Assembly (NCBI GenBank): GCA_963718085.1 | Contig: CAVQYA010000002.1 | Location: 736,127-800,126 of the forward strand | Reading direction: 5' to 3' | DNA from: an uncultured Chloroflexia bacterium | GTDB lineage: Bacteria; Chloroflexota; Limnocylindria; Limnocylindrales; CSP1-4 | DNA: 64,000 nucleotides | Part shown: positions 50,751 through 62,358 of the stretch, one piece after another | Position numbering within the stretch: the stretch's first letter is position 1 | Layout of the letters: each line of letters starts with the position of its first letter | Program-made: the position numbers and the translations under genes | The notes under the pieces: model-generated | Told to the model about the DNA's origin: nothing | Databases searched by the model: none | What the model saw: the letters and a program-made list of their open reading frames with translations, nothing else

Positions 50751-51266
50751 TCAGGACCTTGAGATGGAGCCACCTTCCCAGCGCGTCTCGATCGCCGGCG
50801 GCGCCAGGAGCGTCTGCAGAACGACGCAGTAGCGCTCCGTGCGCTCGATGAGCTTCGCCAGGCGATTCTCCGGGACCGCGTCTCCGGTAAGGCTGAAGTG
50901 GAGGCGGATGGCGTCGAAGCCGACCGGCACACCCGGGGTGCCGAGCGTGCCCCGGAGGTCGAGGTCGCCCTCGACCGTGACGCCGACCGAAACGCCTTCG
51001 AGGCCCATGTTGGCCGCGACCATCTGGCAGGTGAGCTGCGCGCAGGCTGCGAGGGCGCCGAGAATGAGGTCGCCCGAGCAGGCGGACATGCCGGCGCCGC
51101 CGACGCCCGGATGCGCTCCCGCCGCGTAGAGCGCCCGGCCGATGTCGACCGAGCAGCTCATCGCCCCGTCGCCGCCGGTGCCCGTCGCCCGCAGGGTGAT
51201 CCTGGCAGCTGAAGGATCGACGACGTAGCGCTCCTTGATCGGCTGCTGAAGCTCGCGAAGGCTCAT
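50751..51266 (-). CDS. OsmC/Ohr-family peroxiredoxin-like protein.
   Basis: Strong SD ggaaggag. OsmC fold with two conserved Cys (MSACSGDLILGALAAC, ...ERYCVV). Confidence 0.8.
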   Translation of the reverse strand: MSLRELQQPIKERYVVDPSAARITLRATGTGGDGAMSCSVDIGRALYAAGAHPGVGGAGMSACSGDLILGALAACAQLTCQMVAANMGLEGVSVGVTVEGDLDLRGTLGTPGVPVGFDAIRLHFSLTGDAVPENRLAKLIERTERYCVVLQTLLAPPAIETRWEGGSISRS

Positions 51267-51577
51267 CAGGCTCCTTCCTCGCTCGGGTGAGATCGTCCCG
51301 GCGCCGGGACCTCGACCCTCCCCGCGGCGGTGGCGGTGCCGGTAGGCCGACCGGGCTCGGCCGCCATCGCCGATCGGGAGATGGTGACCAGCACCGGGCC
51401 GCCGCGCAACACCCCTGTCACGCTGGCTTCCTTGACCACGACGCGGACCGTCCAGCGGCTGCCCGGCTGATCGGGGCCGTCGCCCAGGGGCTGAGTGCCG
51501 CCGGGTGCGGCGAGGCCACCGCGCGGCGAAGTCGGCGGTCGCGGTATCGTGGTCGCCAACGCATAGGAGGGCGACCC

Positions 51578-51763
51578 ATGGTCAAGGACGCGAGCGGAAA
51601 AGAAGGCCTCTCGGCAGGAGCGATCGCCAAGGAGATCGGAGCCACCCCGGTCGCCGTGAAGAAGGCATTCACCGAGCTCAAGGTCGAGCCGGACTTCGTC
51701 AAGGCAGGCTGCGCCTACTACTACGCCGAGCGGGTCGCAGCGGTGAGGAAGGCTCTCGCGTAG
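51578..51763 (+). CDS. Small 61-aa protein, possibly HTH-like.
   Basis: SD taggagg before the ATG. LSAGAIAKEIGATPVAVKKAFTEL resembles a helix-turn-helix. Confidence 0.4.
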   Translation: MVKDASGKEGLSAGAIAKEIGATPVAVKKAFTELKVEPDFVKAGCAYYYAERVAAVRKALA

Positions 51764-51817
51764 GCCGGCGGGCCCGGGCGCCGAGGGCCCGCCCGCCGAG
51801 GGATTGACGAACCCGGA

Positions 51818-52237
51818 CTAGGTCGCCAGTCCCTGCCTCGCCATGCCGGCAAGGCTCGGCCACTCCGATGCCTGCTCCAGCGGGACCCGCACCCAGGCCT
51901 TCATCGGCCGCCCCATCCCGGAAGGATCGAACAGCGCGGCCCCCGGGAGGGCGAGCGCCGACGCGTGCGCCTCGCCATCGAGCTTGAAGACCATGGCGTC
52001 CCCGAACAGGCCTGCGAACGCCTTGCCGCCGAGATAGAGAGTCGGCATTCCCATCATCCTGCCTGCCGTCGCGCCCACCGCCTGGGTGAGCTCCGCGACG
52101 ACCCGCTCGTAGCGGTCCTGCGCGTCCGCAGAGGCGACCTGGCGCTCCACCCCCTCGTGCCTCCATAGCGTGGATTCGTATCGCCGAGCCGGCTCCACTC
52201 CTCCTCTCGGAGCGGCTTGCCGATCGGCGGACATCAT
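51818..52237 (-). CDS. Hypothetical protein (TfoX-N / YjbR-like fold possible).
   Basis: 139-aa ORF containing MGMPTLYLGGKAFAGLFGDAMVFKL. The start is uncertain. Confidence 0.4.
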   Translation of the reverse strand: MMSADRQAAPRGGVEPARRYESTLWRHEGVERQVASADAQDRYERVVAELTQAVGATAGRMMGMPTLYLGGKAFAGLFGDAMVFKLDGEAHASALALPGAALFDPSGMGRPMKAWVRVPLEQASEWPSLAGMARQGLAT

Positions 52238-52535
52238 CCCATGGACGAGCCATTCGCCCGCTCCCTGACACCGATCGGAGATCCGGTGCCTCTAACTGGG
52301 TGAGAGCGGACAACCATGTCCCCGCAGCGGAGGAGGTCGCATGCCCACAGCAACCCCTCGCCCTGCCGGGACGAGCCGGGACGCGCCGGAGGGTGCCATT
52401 CGAGGTCCCTCCACGGCCGGCACCCCGCCCTTTCTCCCCGGTTTCCGTCTCCCCGGGTTCCTTCTCCCCGGCGGCCGGCCCGGCTGCCGTCTCGACTCCG
52501 CCTCGACTGCTCCCCTCGCGGGCGACCCGCTGGCG

Positions 52536-53237
52536 TCAGGGCGTGGCGAAGGAGAAGCTCTGCACGATCGGAGCGGCAGCGGCGAGCAGGCCGTCCATGA
52601 GCGTGCCGTCAAAGGCATCGACGTCCACGACCACCGTTCCGCCACCCGGCACGTCGAGGAGGTCGACGCGCAGGCGCTCGTTGCCGGCGACCACCCAGCG
52701 AAGGCTGCCGTCCGCCCCGACGAAGAGCGGCACCGTGGGAACGCCCTCGGCGAAGGGGCACGACGCGGTCCATCCAGTGTTGAGGGCCAGGTCCAGCTCC
52801 ACGCCGCGCAACCCGCCCACGGTGACGATCCGCGGGCTGCTGGCGATGATTCCCCGGAGACCCCGGATCCAGGTCGCGAGCTCGAGCGAGAGCTTCCCGA
52901 CGCCCGGCTCCGCGATGGTCGGGCAGGCCGCGTCCTGCGATGCCGCGAGGGGGTCCCGGAAGAGGTGGATGCCGGTGACCTCGGAGCCGACCGGCTGCAG
53001 CGCGAAGTAGTCGGACGAGTCCGACGCGACCCGCCACCCGGCGGGGACCGTGTAGGTCAAGGCCGGCCGGAAGGCAGCGGACGTGTAGGTGCCGGCCGGG
53101 AGCGCCGACGGCGCCGGGGTGGGGACGGGCGTGGCCTCGCGCGACGTCCCCGCACAGCCGGCCAGGAGCCCGGCGACGAGCGCGCCGAGCAGCGCCGCGA
53201 CCGGCAACCGCGTGGCGTATCGCCGCACTCTCTGCAC
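52536..53237 (-). CDS. Lipoprotein (hypothetical).
   Basis: Signal peptide with lipobox LLAGCAG. Confidence 0.6.
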   Translation of the reverse strand: MQRVRRYATRLPVAALLGALVAGLLAGCAGTSREATPVPTPAPSALPAGTYTSAAFRPALTYTVPAGWRVASDSSDYFALQPVGSEVTGIHLFRDPLAASQDAACPTIAEPGVGKLSLELATWIRGLRGIIASSPRIVTVGGLRGVELDLALNTGWTASCPFAEGVPTVPLFVGADGSLRWVVAGNERLRVDLLDVPGGGTVVVDVDAFDGTLMDGLLAAAAPIVQSFSFATP

Positions 53238-53509
53238 CTCGACGTTTCATGCTCCCGATGCGCGGGCCGTCCCGCGATCGGAAAGTCTACCCGTCGCGCT
53301 GCGGCCGGTCGGCCGGTTGGCACAGTCCGCAGATCGCGGTACCAATCTCGCAGGCGACTGGCCCCATCGTTCGGCACCGGCCTGGTGCCCATGGGTTAGG
53401 GTAGACGAGCGCCATCCACCGAGCCGGGCTTCGCAGGCCCGCGGGGGCGACCGCCGTTTCGGACGGCGCCCCGCTGGTCCCGGCTCCCCACAGGAGGAGA
53501 CAAGCGCCA

Positions 53510-54592
53510 ATGTTGAGACTCAAGAAGCAGCTCTTTGCCGTGCCGATCGGCTTCGCCCTCGCAGCGCTCCTTGCGCTGCCCATGACCGTCCTCGGCAACA
53601 CGTCGGCTGCCATCGCCCAGACCGGCGGCATGTCGGTGACGCTGCCGCTGGCGCCGCTTCTCGGCGGGCCCCTGACGGTCGAGGTCAAGCTCGACGGCAC
53701 CGGCAACGTCAGCCAGGTGAACCTCAACCCGATCGGGACCTACTCGGCGACGAAGCTTGGACCGCACGCGGTGACCTTCGCCAAGGGCGACGGGACTACC
53801 CAGGTCTCGATCAAGGCGAAGGGCGACAAGCTCTCCGTCAAGGCCTCGGCCGGCACGCTCGACGGCCTCCTCGGGGCCGGGACGTGGTCCGCCGACGTCT
53901 TCGCGACCGGCACGAAGTCGACCGTCGCCTACACGGTCGGCAAGGCCGCGGACGGGACTCCGACCATCGCCGTCAACTCGGTGACGCCGGCTGCCGGCAT
54001 CACCGTCGTGCAGGATCCGCCCAAGACGGAGACCGAGGACCACGAAGCCAGCGCCTCGGTCAGGGTCGCCTTCAGCGCCAACGGCTACACCAAGAAGCTG
54101 AGCATCAGCGTCTCGGTCGACACCGAGGGCACCCACAAGGCCAGCCTCAAGATCACCCTGTCCGGCAAGGACCGCCAGAAGCTGTCCGGCACCCTCGCCG
54201 AGATCGGTCTCGGACTGCACACGTGGACCGGCGCGCTCTGCGACGGCAAGGCCGTCGGCATCAGGTACAACGTCCTTGACACCGGCGCCGTCTCGTTCGT
54301 GGATGCCACCGGTGGGACCACGACGGTCAAGTCGGGCGAGCACGGGTTCTCCGTCCGCTTCGACGGCACCAAGGCCAGGGTCAAGGTCAGCCTCCAGAAG
54401 TCGGACGACGGCACCTGGACGCTCAAGGTCGAGGCCAGGACCGGCAAGTGCAAGAACACTCCGGCGCCGCTGCCCACGGTCAACACGCCCGTGGCGCCCG
54501 GGGCCGACAAGGCCGGCGACAAGGACAAGAAGCCCGACCCGTCGGGCTCCCACGACGGCAACGGCAAGGGCAACGGCAAGGACGGCCATTGA
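53510..54592 (+). CDS. Secreted Lys/Thr-rich beta-rich protein (hypothetical).
   Basis: SD caggagga before the ATG. Signal peptide ending AIAQT. The composition (K, T, G, S) is unusual for this genome. The C-terminus is a KDKKPDPSGSHDGNGKGNGKDGH tail. Confidence 0.65.
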   Translation: MLRLKKQLFAVPIGFALAALLALPMTVLGNTSAAIAQTGGMSVTLPLAPLLGGPLTVEVKLDGTGNVSQVNLNPIGTYSATKLGPHAVTFAKGDGTTQVSIKAKGDKLSVKASAGTLDGLLGAGTWSADVFATGTKSTVAYTVGKAADGTPTIAVNSVTPAAGITVVQDPPKTETEDHEASASVRVAFSANGYTKKLSISVSVDTEGTHKASLKITLSGKDRQKLSGTLAEIGLGLHTWTGALCDGKAVGIRYNVLDTGAVSFVDATGGTTTVKSGEHGFSVRFDGTKARVKVSLQKSDDGTWTLKVEARTGKCKNTPAPLPTVNTPVAPGADKAGDKDKKPDPSGSHDGNGKGNGKDGH

Positions 54593-55263
54593 GCACTTCG
54601 CCTCCCGGGCGAGCGACCCGAGGATGGCTCCGCTTCGGCGGGGCCATCCTCTTCGTTCTGGCGGTCGCCGCCTGCGGACCGGCAGCGACCGGGTCGGTGG
54701 GGCCGAGTGCGTCCCCGCTCGCGCCCGGACCGGCGAGCGTGCCCCCGGCGCCGAGCGGGGCGGCGGCGCCCGCCACCGCGCTTCTCGGAGCAGCCCTGGA
54801 GTCCCTGCGCACGGCAGCCGCGTTCGAGACGCGGGTGGAGGTTGACGGGACAGTCGTCGTCTCGGCCACAGGCCGTTCCGTCGGCGCCGCCAGCCAACTC
54901 ACCGTGACCACCGCCGACCGGACGGTCGAATACCTGCAGGTTCCCCCGCGGGCGTGGGCTCGCGAGCCGGGCGCGGCGTGGGTGCTCCTCGGGACCGACC
55001 AGGCACCCGCCGCCCCGCTCGACGTCCTCTCCGACCCGCTGACCCTAGCGACGGCCCCCTCGACCGGGGGGCTGGCGTCCTTCGCCGCGACGTACCCCGC
55101 AGCTGCGCTCGGCCTGGAGGGCGACCCCGTCGCCGTCACGATCACCGTCGACGGCTCGGCCGTGACATTCCGCTACGAGTCGACCGCGTCGGGACACCGG
55201 ACGGCGTCGACCACGACGCTGCGTCCCGCGGCCGCCGACCCGATCGTCGCGCCCGCACCCTGA
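54589..55263 (+). CDS. Lipoprotein (hypothetical). The TTG start overlaps the upstream stop.
   Basis: n-region RATRGWLRFGG, h-region AILFVLAVAA, lipobox Cys. The start codon is inferred. Confidence 0.5.
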   Translation: MSTSPPGRATRGWLRFGGAILFVLAVAACGPAATGSVGPSASPLAPGPASVPPAPSGAAAPATALLGAALESLRTAAAFETRVEVDGTVVVSATGRSVGAASQLTVTTADRTVEYLQVPPRAWAREPGAAWVLLGTDQAPAAPLDVLSDPLTLATAPSTGGLASFAATYPAAALGLEGDPVAVTITVDGSAVTFRYESTASGHRTASTTTLRPAAADPIVAPAP

Positions 55264-55504
55264 CCGGCACGGTTCCGCAGCAGGCAGCCGTCCCGGTCGG
55301 AGGCCGCGCAGGAGCGACCAGATGGCGCGCTCGGAGTTGCCGCGGCGTCCCCCGTTCGGCCACACTGCGGATGGGCGTCACGCCGCCGTCCGCGTGATCC
55401 CCTGACCAGGGCAACCATCATAGTCCTGCAATATCGCGTTTCTTGGAGATATACTGCGGCTGCAGCGCCGCCGTGACGATCGGTGGCGGACCGTCCGTCT
55501 CGAG

Positions 55505-57570
55505 GTGGAGCCGCGCGTGATCCCCGCGTCAGATCCCGTCGTCGCCGGCGACCTGGTCGCGTGGCTCTGGGCGGGCGCCGCGGCCTCGTTCGCGGCGGCG
55601 GCGATCGTCGCCCTCTCCCGGCTTTCCGCGCGCCTGGCGCCGATCGTGGCGACCGTCGGCGGGATCCTCGCCACGGCTTTCGGCGGTGCCCTGGTGGTGA
55701 CCGGAACGACGTTCTCCGTGAGCGCCGGCCAGGTTCTCGGGATGGCCCCGATCGACCTGCGATACGACGGGCTGAGCGGCGTCTTCCTCGTGGCCTTCGG
55801 CCTTTCGGTCGACGGCGGCGTCCCTGTCGATCGTCGGCTCGCGGGCGCGGACTCGCCTCGAAGGGTGTGCCTTCCCCCTCTTCCTGGCCAGCATGTGCTG
55901 GTCCTCGGGGCGCCGCCAACGCGTTCGCCTTCCTGCTGGCCTGGGAGCTGATGGCCCTCCTGTCGGCCGCTCCTCGTCGTGGGCCTTCGCCCCAGCCGGG
56001 CGGTCATCTCGGCCGGCTACCTCTACCTCGCGATGACCCACGTGGCGACCGCCGCACTCCTCGTCGCCTTCGCGATCCTGGCAGCCGGCAACGGCGGCGC
56101 GCTCGACTTCGAGGCGTGGCGGACCGGCAGCGGGGCGCTGGCTCCGCGGCCTGCGCGACGTCGTCTTCCTGCTGGTCCTGGTCGGGTTCGGCACCAAGGC
56201 CGGTGCGATGCCCCTGCATGCGTGGCTGCCGCGGGCCCACCCGGTGGCGCCGTCGCACGTCTCGGCGGTCATGTCGGGGGTGATGATCAAGATGGGGATC
56301 TACGGGCTCGTCCGGATCGTCGTCGACGTCCTCGGCGGCGGCCCGGACTGGTGGGGGCTCCTGGTCCTCGGCGATCGGCGCGCTGTCGGCCGTGCTCGGG
56401 CGTCCTCTACGCCCTCATGCAGCACGACCTCAAGCGGCTGCTGGCGTTCCACAGCATCGAGAACATCGGGATCATCCTGCTCGGCCTCGGCAGCGCGCTG
56501 GTCCTCGGGGCCCACGGCGCCACGGAGCTGGCGGCGCTCGCGCTGACCGCCGCGCTCTTCCACTCGGTCAACCACGCCGTCTTCAAGACGCTGCTCTTCC
56601 TGGGCGCGGGGGCGGTCCTGCACGCGACCGGCCTGCGCGACCTCAACCGGCTTGGCGGCCTGGCCCGAGCGCATGCCGCTGACGGCCCTCACCTTCGGAG
56701 TCGGCGCCGCGGCGATCAGCGGCCTGCCCGCCGCTCAACGGCTTCGCCAGCGAGTGGCTCGTCGTTCCAGGGCCTGCTCGGGACGCTCGGCCAGCGACGC
56801 GATCCCGCCGCTCGATCCGCTCGCGGCCGCGCGCGACGATCGGCGCCCTGGCCCTGACGGCGGCCCTTGCCGTCGCCTGCTTCGTGAAGGCGACCGGGGT
56901 CACGTTCCTCGGGCTGCCGCGGAGCGCGGCGGCCGCGGCGGCCCACGAGGCGAGCGCGGCCTGCCCAGGCCGCGATGGCGCTCCTCGCCGGCTGCCTGCC
57001 TGGCCCTCGGGCTCGGCGCCGGCCCCGTGGTGGGCGGCCCTGACGACCGTGTCCCGCGCCGTCCTGCGGGCCGCCAGCGCTCCCGGGCTCCCGATCGCCG
57101 GTCGCGGCGCTGACCTCGGCACCCGGGTCGGGGGACGGCGGCCGACGTTCGCGGCGCTCGCCGTCGGGCTGCTCCTGCTCGGCACGATCGCGGGCCTCGG
57201 GTTCATCGCGTCCCGCTCGCCGGCAGCGAGCCCGCCGGGTCGACACCTGGACGTGCGGCATCGCGCCCGAGCCCGCCTTCCAGTACACGGCGACCGAGCT
57301 TCGCGAAGCCGATCCGGCTCTTCTTCCGCGGCTCCTCCTCCCCGAGCGCGCAGGTCGAGGTCGAGTACCACCCGGGCACGGCCTTCCCCGACCTCGATCC
57401 GGTACCGGAGCGAGATCACGCTCCTCCTCGAGGACCGGGTCTTCCGGCCGGCCCACCGCGCTGAGCCTCCGGGTGGCGCAGTTCGCCCGGCGACTGCAGG
57501 GCGGGGCCATCCAGCTCTACCTGGCCTACATCGTGATCGCCGTCCTCGTGCTCCTCCTGTGGGCCCGATG
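55505..57570 (+). pseudogene. hyfB: HyfB/NuoL-like proton-pumping membrane subunit of a group-4 [NiFe]-hydrogenase. It is fragmented by about 8 or more frameshifts.
   Basis: Conserved blocks, collinear but alternating among all three frames: ANAFAFLLAWELMALLS, AGYLYLAMTHVATAALLVAF, GFGTKAGAMPLHAWLPRAHPVAPSHVSAVMSGVMIKMGIYGLVR, LYALMQHDLKRLLAFHSIENIGIIL, PLNGFASEW, CFVKATGVTF, and the C-terminal AIQLYLAYIVIAVLVLLLW. Confidence 0.65.
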
Positions 57571-58540
57571 AGCGCGGTGGGACGCGGTCAGCGACCATCG
57601 TCCTCGCCGCGGCCTGCAGCTCGCCGTCGTTCCTCGCCTTCGCGCCGCTTCTCGCCGGCACGATCCGGCGGACGAAGGCGCGGCTCCAGGGCCGCCGCGG
57701 ACCGGCCCTCGTCCAGCCGTACCGGGACCTCGCCAAGTGGTGGGGCAAGGCGCCCCTGGAGAGCAGCACGGCGGGGCCGGTCGCGCGGCACGCCCCGGTC
57801 TTCGTGCTCGGAGTCGATCGCTCGTCGCCGCTCTCCTCGTCCCCTTCGCTGCCGGGCGGCCGCCGCTCGTCGGCTGGGGCGACCTGTTCGTCGTCGTCGG
57901 GCTGCTGGCGGCCGCCCGGTTCGCCCTCGCCCTCGCGGCGCTCGACGCCGGCGGCGCGTTCGGCGGGATGGGCAGCAGCCGCGACGTCGCCATCTCCGCG
58001 CTGGCCGAGCCCGGCGCTCGTGCTCGCGCTGGCCGGTGCCGCGCTCGCGGCAGGGTCGAGCGACCTCGGCACGATCAGCGCCGTTCGGCCTCCGCGCGGG
58101 CCTCGGCCTGCTGGGTCCGACCCACCTCCTTGCCGCGGTGGCCTTCGCGATCGTCGTCGTCGCCGAGACCGGCCACCAGCCAGTCGACAACCCCGACACC
58201 CACCTCGAGCTCACGATGATCCACGAGGGCATGCTGCTCGAGGCGTCCGGCCGCTCGCTGGCGCTCCTGGTCTTCGCCTCCGAGCTGAAGCTCGTGCTGC
58301 TCGGCCGCGCTCTTCGTGGCGGTCTTCGCTGCCGTTCGGAGCGGCGACGGAGATCTCCCTCGGCCCGGTCCTCGTCGGGACGGTCGTCGGGCTCGGCAAG
58401 CTCCTGCTCGTGGGGCAGGCCCTGGCGCTCCTCGATGCGTCCGTCGCCAAGATGCGGATCCTCGCCCTGCCCGATCTGCTCGGGCGCGGCGTCGCTCCTC
58501 GCGCTGGTCGGCCTCGGCGGCTCGGATCCTCGTGGCGCCA
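57568..58540 (+). pseudogene. hyfC: HyfC/NuoH-like membrane subunit, multiply frameshifted.
   Basis: Blocks TIRRTKARLQGRRGPALVQPYRDLAKWW, DLFVVVGLLAAARFALALAALDAGGAFGGMGSSR, AVAFAIVVVAETGHQPVDNPDTHLELTMIHEGMLLEASGRSLAL and VAKMRILALPDL lie in three different frames. Confidence 0.6.
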
Positions 58541-59208
58541 TGATCCTCGACCCGCTGGCCGCCGCCCGCCTGCTCGATGCCTGCGCCGCCGGAATCGTGC
58601 TGGTCGGCGTCCTGATCGCCGGCACGCGGTCGATCGGCCGGGCGATCTGGCTCGTGGCCGTCCAGGGCGATCCTTCTCGGCGCCGCCGCCGTGGCGCGTC
58701 GGGCTGGCCACGGGAACCGCCCATCTCGTCGTCGGGGGTCTCCTGACGTTCGCGACCAAGGGGATCGTGGTCCCCCTGATCCTCGGCCGGATCCTCCGCC
58801 AGAGCCCGGTCCGCGTCGAACGCCATCCGTACCTCGGACCGCGCGTCTCGCTCGTCGTCGCGATCGTCATCGTCTTCGCCGCGACGGCGGCGGTCGACGG
58901 CGCCGCGCTCGGCGGTCGACTCGAGGCGCCGAGCGCGCTGCCGGCGGCGGTCGCCGAGGTGCTGACCGGCCTCCTTGTCGCCATGACCCGGCGCAAGGGC
59001 CTCTCGATCGTGGTCGGGCTCCTCGTCTTCGAGAACGGCCTCAGCCCTGACCGCCTTCAGCCTGACCTACGGGATGCCCCTCGTGATCGAGCTCGGGATC
59101 GCCTTCGACCTCCTCGTCGCCGTCGTGGTGATCTGGGTCTACGCCCGGCGGATGCTGACGGTCCTCGGCTCGCTCTCGACCGATCGCCTGCGGAACCTGC
59201 GCGGATGA
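58540..59208 (+). pseudogene. hyfE: HyfE-like membrane subunit, frameshifted.
   Basis: Blocks LVVGGLLTFATKGIVVPLILGRIL, GLLVAMTRRKGLSIVVGLLVFENGLS and LVIELGIAFDLLVAVVVIWVYARRML lie in differing frames. Ends at TGA 59206-59208. Confidence 0.55.
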
Positions 59209-60700
59209 ACGAGCTGCTCGTCGCCGCCATGCTGCTTGCCCCGCTGCTGGGCGGGCCTGGTCGCCTGGCGCCGGCGGGGCCGGGCCGTGGAGCTCGTCGC
59301 CACGGGCTCGAATGAGCGTCGCCGTGCTCTCGGGCTGCGCCCTCGGCGCCCTCGCCCTGGCTGGCGGTCGTCTGCGCGCCTTCGACGGGCTCGTCGTGGT
59401 CGACGCCCTGGGCGCCTGGCTGCTGGTGCTGACCGCGATCGTCGCCGGGCTCGCCATGGCCGCCTCGCCGCGCTACGTGCGTCACGAGCTGGCCGCCGGC
59501 GCGTTCCGGCCGCGCGACGAGGGCCGCTTCTACGCGCTTCTTCCTGTGGTTCGTGACCAGCCTGCTCGCCGTTCCCCTCGCTCGACAACCTGGGCCTGCT
59601 GTGGGTGGCGATCGAGGCCACGACCGTCGTCTCGGCGCTGCTCGTCGGGATCACCCGGACGCCGGACGCGATCGAGGCGGCCTGGAAGTACCTGATCCTC
59701 GGCACGGTCGGGGTCGGCTTCGCCCTGCTCGGGACGCTGCTCGCCTACGCCTCGTCGGTGCGGGTCCTCGGCGAGAGCTCGGACGCCCTCAACTGGACGC
59801 GGCTGATCTCGATCGCTCCCCTGCTCGATCCGAGCCTCCTGCGCCTGGCCTTCGTCTTCGCGCTGGCGGGCTACGGCACGAAGATCGGCCTGGTGCCGTT
59901 CCACACGTGGCTTCCGGATGCGCACAGCCAGGCACCGAGCCCGGTCAGCGCGCTGCTGTCCGGTGTCTCGCTCGACCGCCGCCCTCTACGCCCTGGTGCG
60001 CTTCCACCTGGTCGCGGTCGGAGGGCTCGGGCCCGGCCTTCTCGTCGAACCTGCTCGTCGCGTTCGGGCTCCTCAGCCTGGCCGTCGCCCTGCCCTTCAT
60101 GTCGTGCAGGAGGACCTCAAGCGCCTGCTCGCCTACTCGAGCATCGAGCACATGGGCCTCCTCGCGCTCGGGCTGGGCTTCGGCGGGCCGCTCGCGCTCG
60201 CTCGGGGTGAGTCCTCCACGTCGGCCTGCACGCGGTCGCCAAGGCGACGCTCGTTCCTCTCCGCCGGCGAGCTCGTCCAGCAGTACGGCAGCCGCCGGCT
60301 CTCGCGGATCCGCGGAACGCTCGCCCGAGCGCCCGTCGCGGGCGGGGCCGTCGGCGGCGGGATCATCCTGCTCGGCGGCCTGCCTCCCTCGGGGATCTTC
60401 GTGACCGAGTTCGCGATCGTCGTCGGCGGCGTGCTGCAGGGCTATGCGCTCGCCGCCGCCCTCGCCGCCGGCCTGCTCGCGGTGGCGTTCGTCGCCGCTC
60501 GCCTTCCACGGGACCCGCCTCCTCTGGGGGCAGGCCGGACCCGGCGTCGCGGCCGGCGCCGCGGGCCGGGCGACGGCGGTTGCGACTCGCGGTCCCACTC
60601 CTCGCGGTGGCCGTGCTCGGGCTGTGGACGCCCGGCCCGCTGGCAGCCGCCCTCGACGCGGTCCGCGCCGTGCTCGGTACGTCGGGGCGTCCGGTGGCTG
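59207..60700 (+). pseudogene. hyfF: HyfF/NuoN-like antiporter-type membrane subunit, multiply frameshifted.
   Basis: Blocks WVAIEATTVVSALLVGI..AIEAAWKYLILGTVGVGFALLGTLLAY, AGYGTKIGLVPFHTWLPDAHSQAPSPVSALLSGV and VQEDLKRLLAYSSIEHMGLLALGLGFGGPLA lie in alternating frames. The 3-prime boundary is approximate. Confidence 0.6.
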
Positions 60701-62355
60701 AGCGGACGAAGCGCCGACGGGCGGCGGCTGTCGGGGCGACCGCGGGCGGGGCGGCGGCTGTCGGGGCGACGGCGGCGGCGGAGGCCGTCGGCGCTGCCCT
60801 CGCCCGCCACGTCTCGCTCTCGGGCTCGGACGACGAGCTTCTCCTTCCCGTGTCGCGCGACGAGCTCGTGCCCGACCGTCCGGGCGCTCGCCGAGCTCGG
60901 CGCCCGCCACGTCATGCTCGCTCGGCCTCGACCTTCGGGGACTCGACCCGGGCGCCGGCACTGGCCGTCGAGGAGGTCCTCTACCTCCCGGGCGGACCCG
61001 CTCGTCCGCGCTGCGGGCCGACCTCGCCAGCGGACGGGCCGTCCTACCCGTCGCTCACGTCGCTCCTGCCGGCTGCGCAGTGGGACGAGCGCGAGGTACG
61101 GGACCTCTTCGGGATCGTGCCGACCGGCCACCCGGATCTGCGGCCGCTCGTCATCCACGAGCCGGCAATGCGGTCCGGCCCACCCGCTCCTGAAGGTCCC
61201 GCCGGCGGTGCCGCCGCCGGCGCGGCGCCCCGTTCCGGCCGTTCGTCGCCCAGGGCGAGGGGGTCTACCAGCTGCCGGTCGGCCCGATCCACGCCGGGAT
61301 CATCGAGCCGGGCCACTTCCGCTTCTCGGCAGTCGGCGAGTCGGTCCTCCACCTCGACGCCCGGCTCTTCTACACGCACCGCGGCCTCGAGCGAGCTCGT
61401 CGAGGGCCGCTCGTTCGACGGCGCGCTGCTCGTGCGTCGAGCGTGCCTGCGGCGTGTGCACGGTCACCCACGCCGACTGCGTTCAGCCGGGCCGTCGAGC
61501 GGCTGACCGGCACCGTCATCCCGCCCCGGGCGCGGCTGGCCCGGATCCTGCTGGCAGAGCTCGAGCGGCTCTACAACCACGTCGGCGATCTCGGCAACAT
61601 CTGCGCCGGCGTCGGGTTCCATTTCGGGACCTCGCAGTCTCGGCTGGCAGAAGGAGCGGCTGCTGCGCCTGAACGAGGCACTGACCGGCCATCGCTACCT
61701 CACCGGGGTCGTGGCGCCGGGCGGGCTTCGCGCTGCGACCTTGACGGCGGGGGCCTCGCGCGAACTGGGCGCCTCGGTGCGAGGAGATCGACCACGACGT
61801 CCGCGCGATCGTCCGCCTCCTCGTCCGGTCCGAGAGCTTCATGCGGACGCCTCCACGGGACCGGCATCGTCGCGCGGCGAGGACGCCCGCCGACTCGGCG
61901 CCGTCGGCGTGGCGGCACGGGCGAGCGGGCTGCCCGTCGACCTTCGCCGCGACCGCCCGTCCGACGGCTACGAGGACCTCGAGGTCCCGTCGATCACCGC
62001 AGGCCGGCCGGTGACGTCGCGGCGCGGTTCCACGTCCGAGCCCAGGAGGCCGTCGGTCTCGCCGGGCTGATCCGCGAGTCTCTCGCCCGCCTTCCCGGCG
62101 GCCCGATCCGCGCCCCGCTGGCGCGCACGTCCGGCGCCCGGCGCGTCCACGGTCGCGGGCGTCGAGGGCCCACGCGGGGCTTCGTGGGCCTGGCTCATGG
62201 CCGGGCCAGACGGCCGCGTCGAGCGCTTGCACCTGCGGTCCGGCTCGTTCGCGAACTGGCCGGTCGTGGCAGCGGCAGCCCCCGGCAACCTCGTCCCGGA
62301 CTTCCCGCTCATCAACAAGAGCTTCGAGCTCTGCTACGCCTGCACGGATCGCTGA
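60700..62355 (+). pseudogene. hyfG: Group-4 [NiFe]-hydrogenase large subunit (HycE/HyfG-like, NuoC-NuoD fusion), multiply frameshifted.
   Basis: Blocks LPAAQWDEREVRDLFGIVPTGHPDLRPLVIHE, VGPIHAGIIEPGHFRFSAVGESVLHLDARLFYTHRGLE, the N-terminal Ni-site RACGVCTVTHA, ARLARILLAELERLYNHVGDLGNICAGVGF and the C-terminal Ni-site SFELCYACTDR are all present but distributed over three frames. The 5-prime boundary is approximate. Confidence 0.65.
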
Positions 62356-62358
62356 CCG

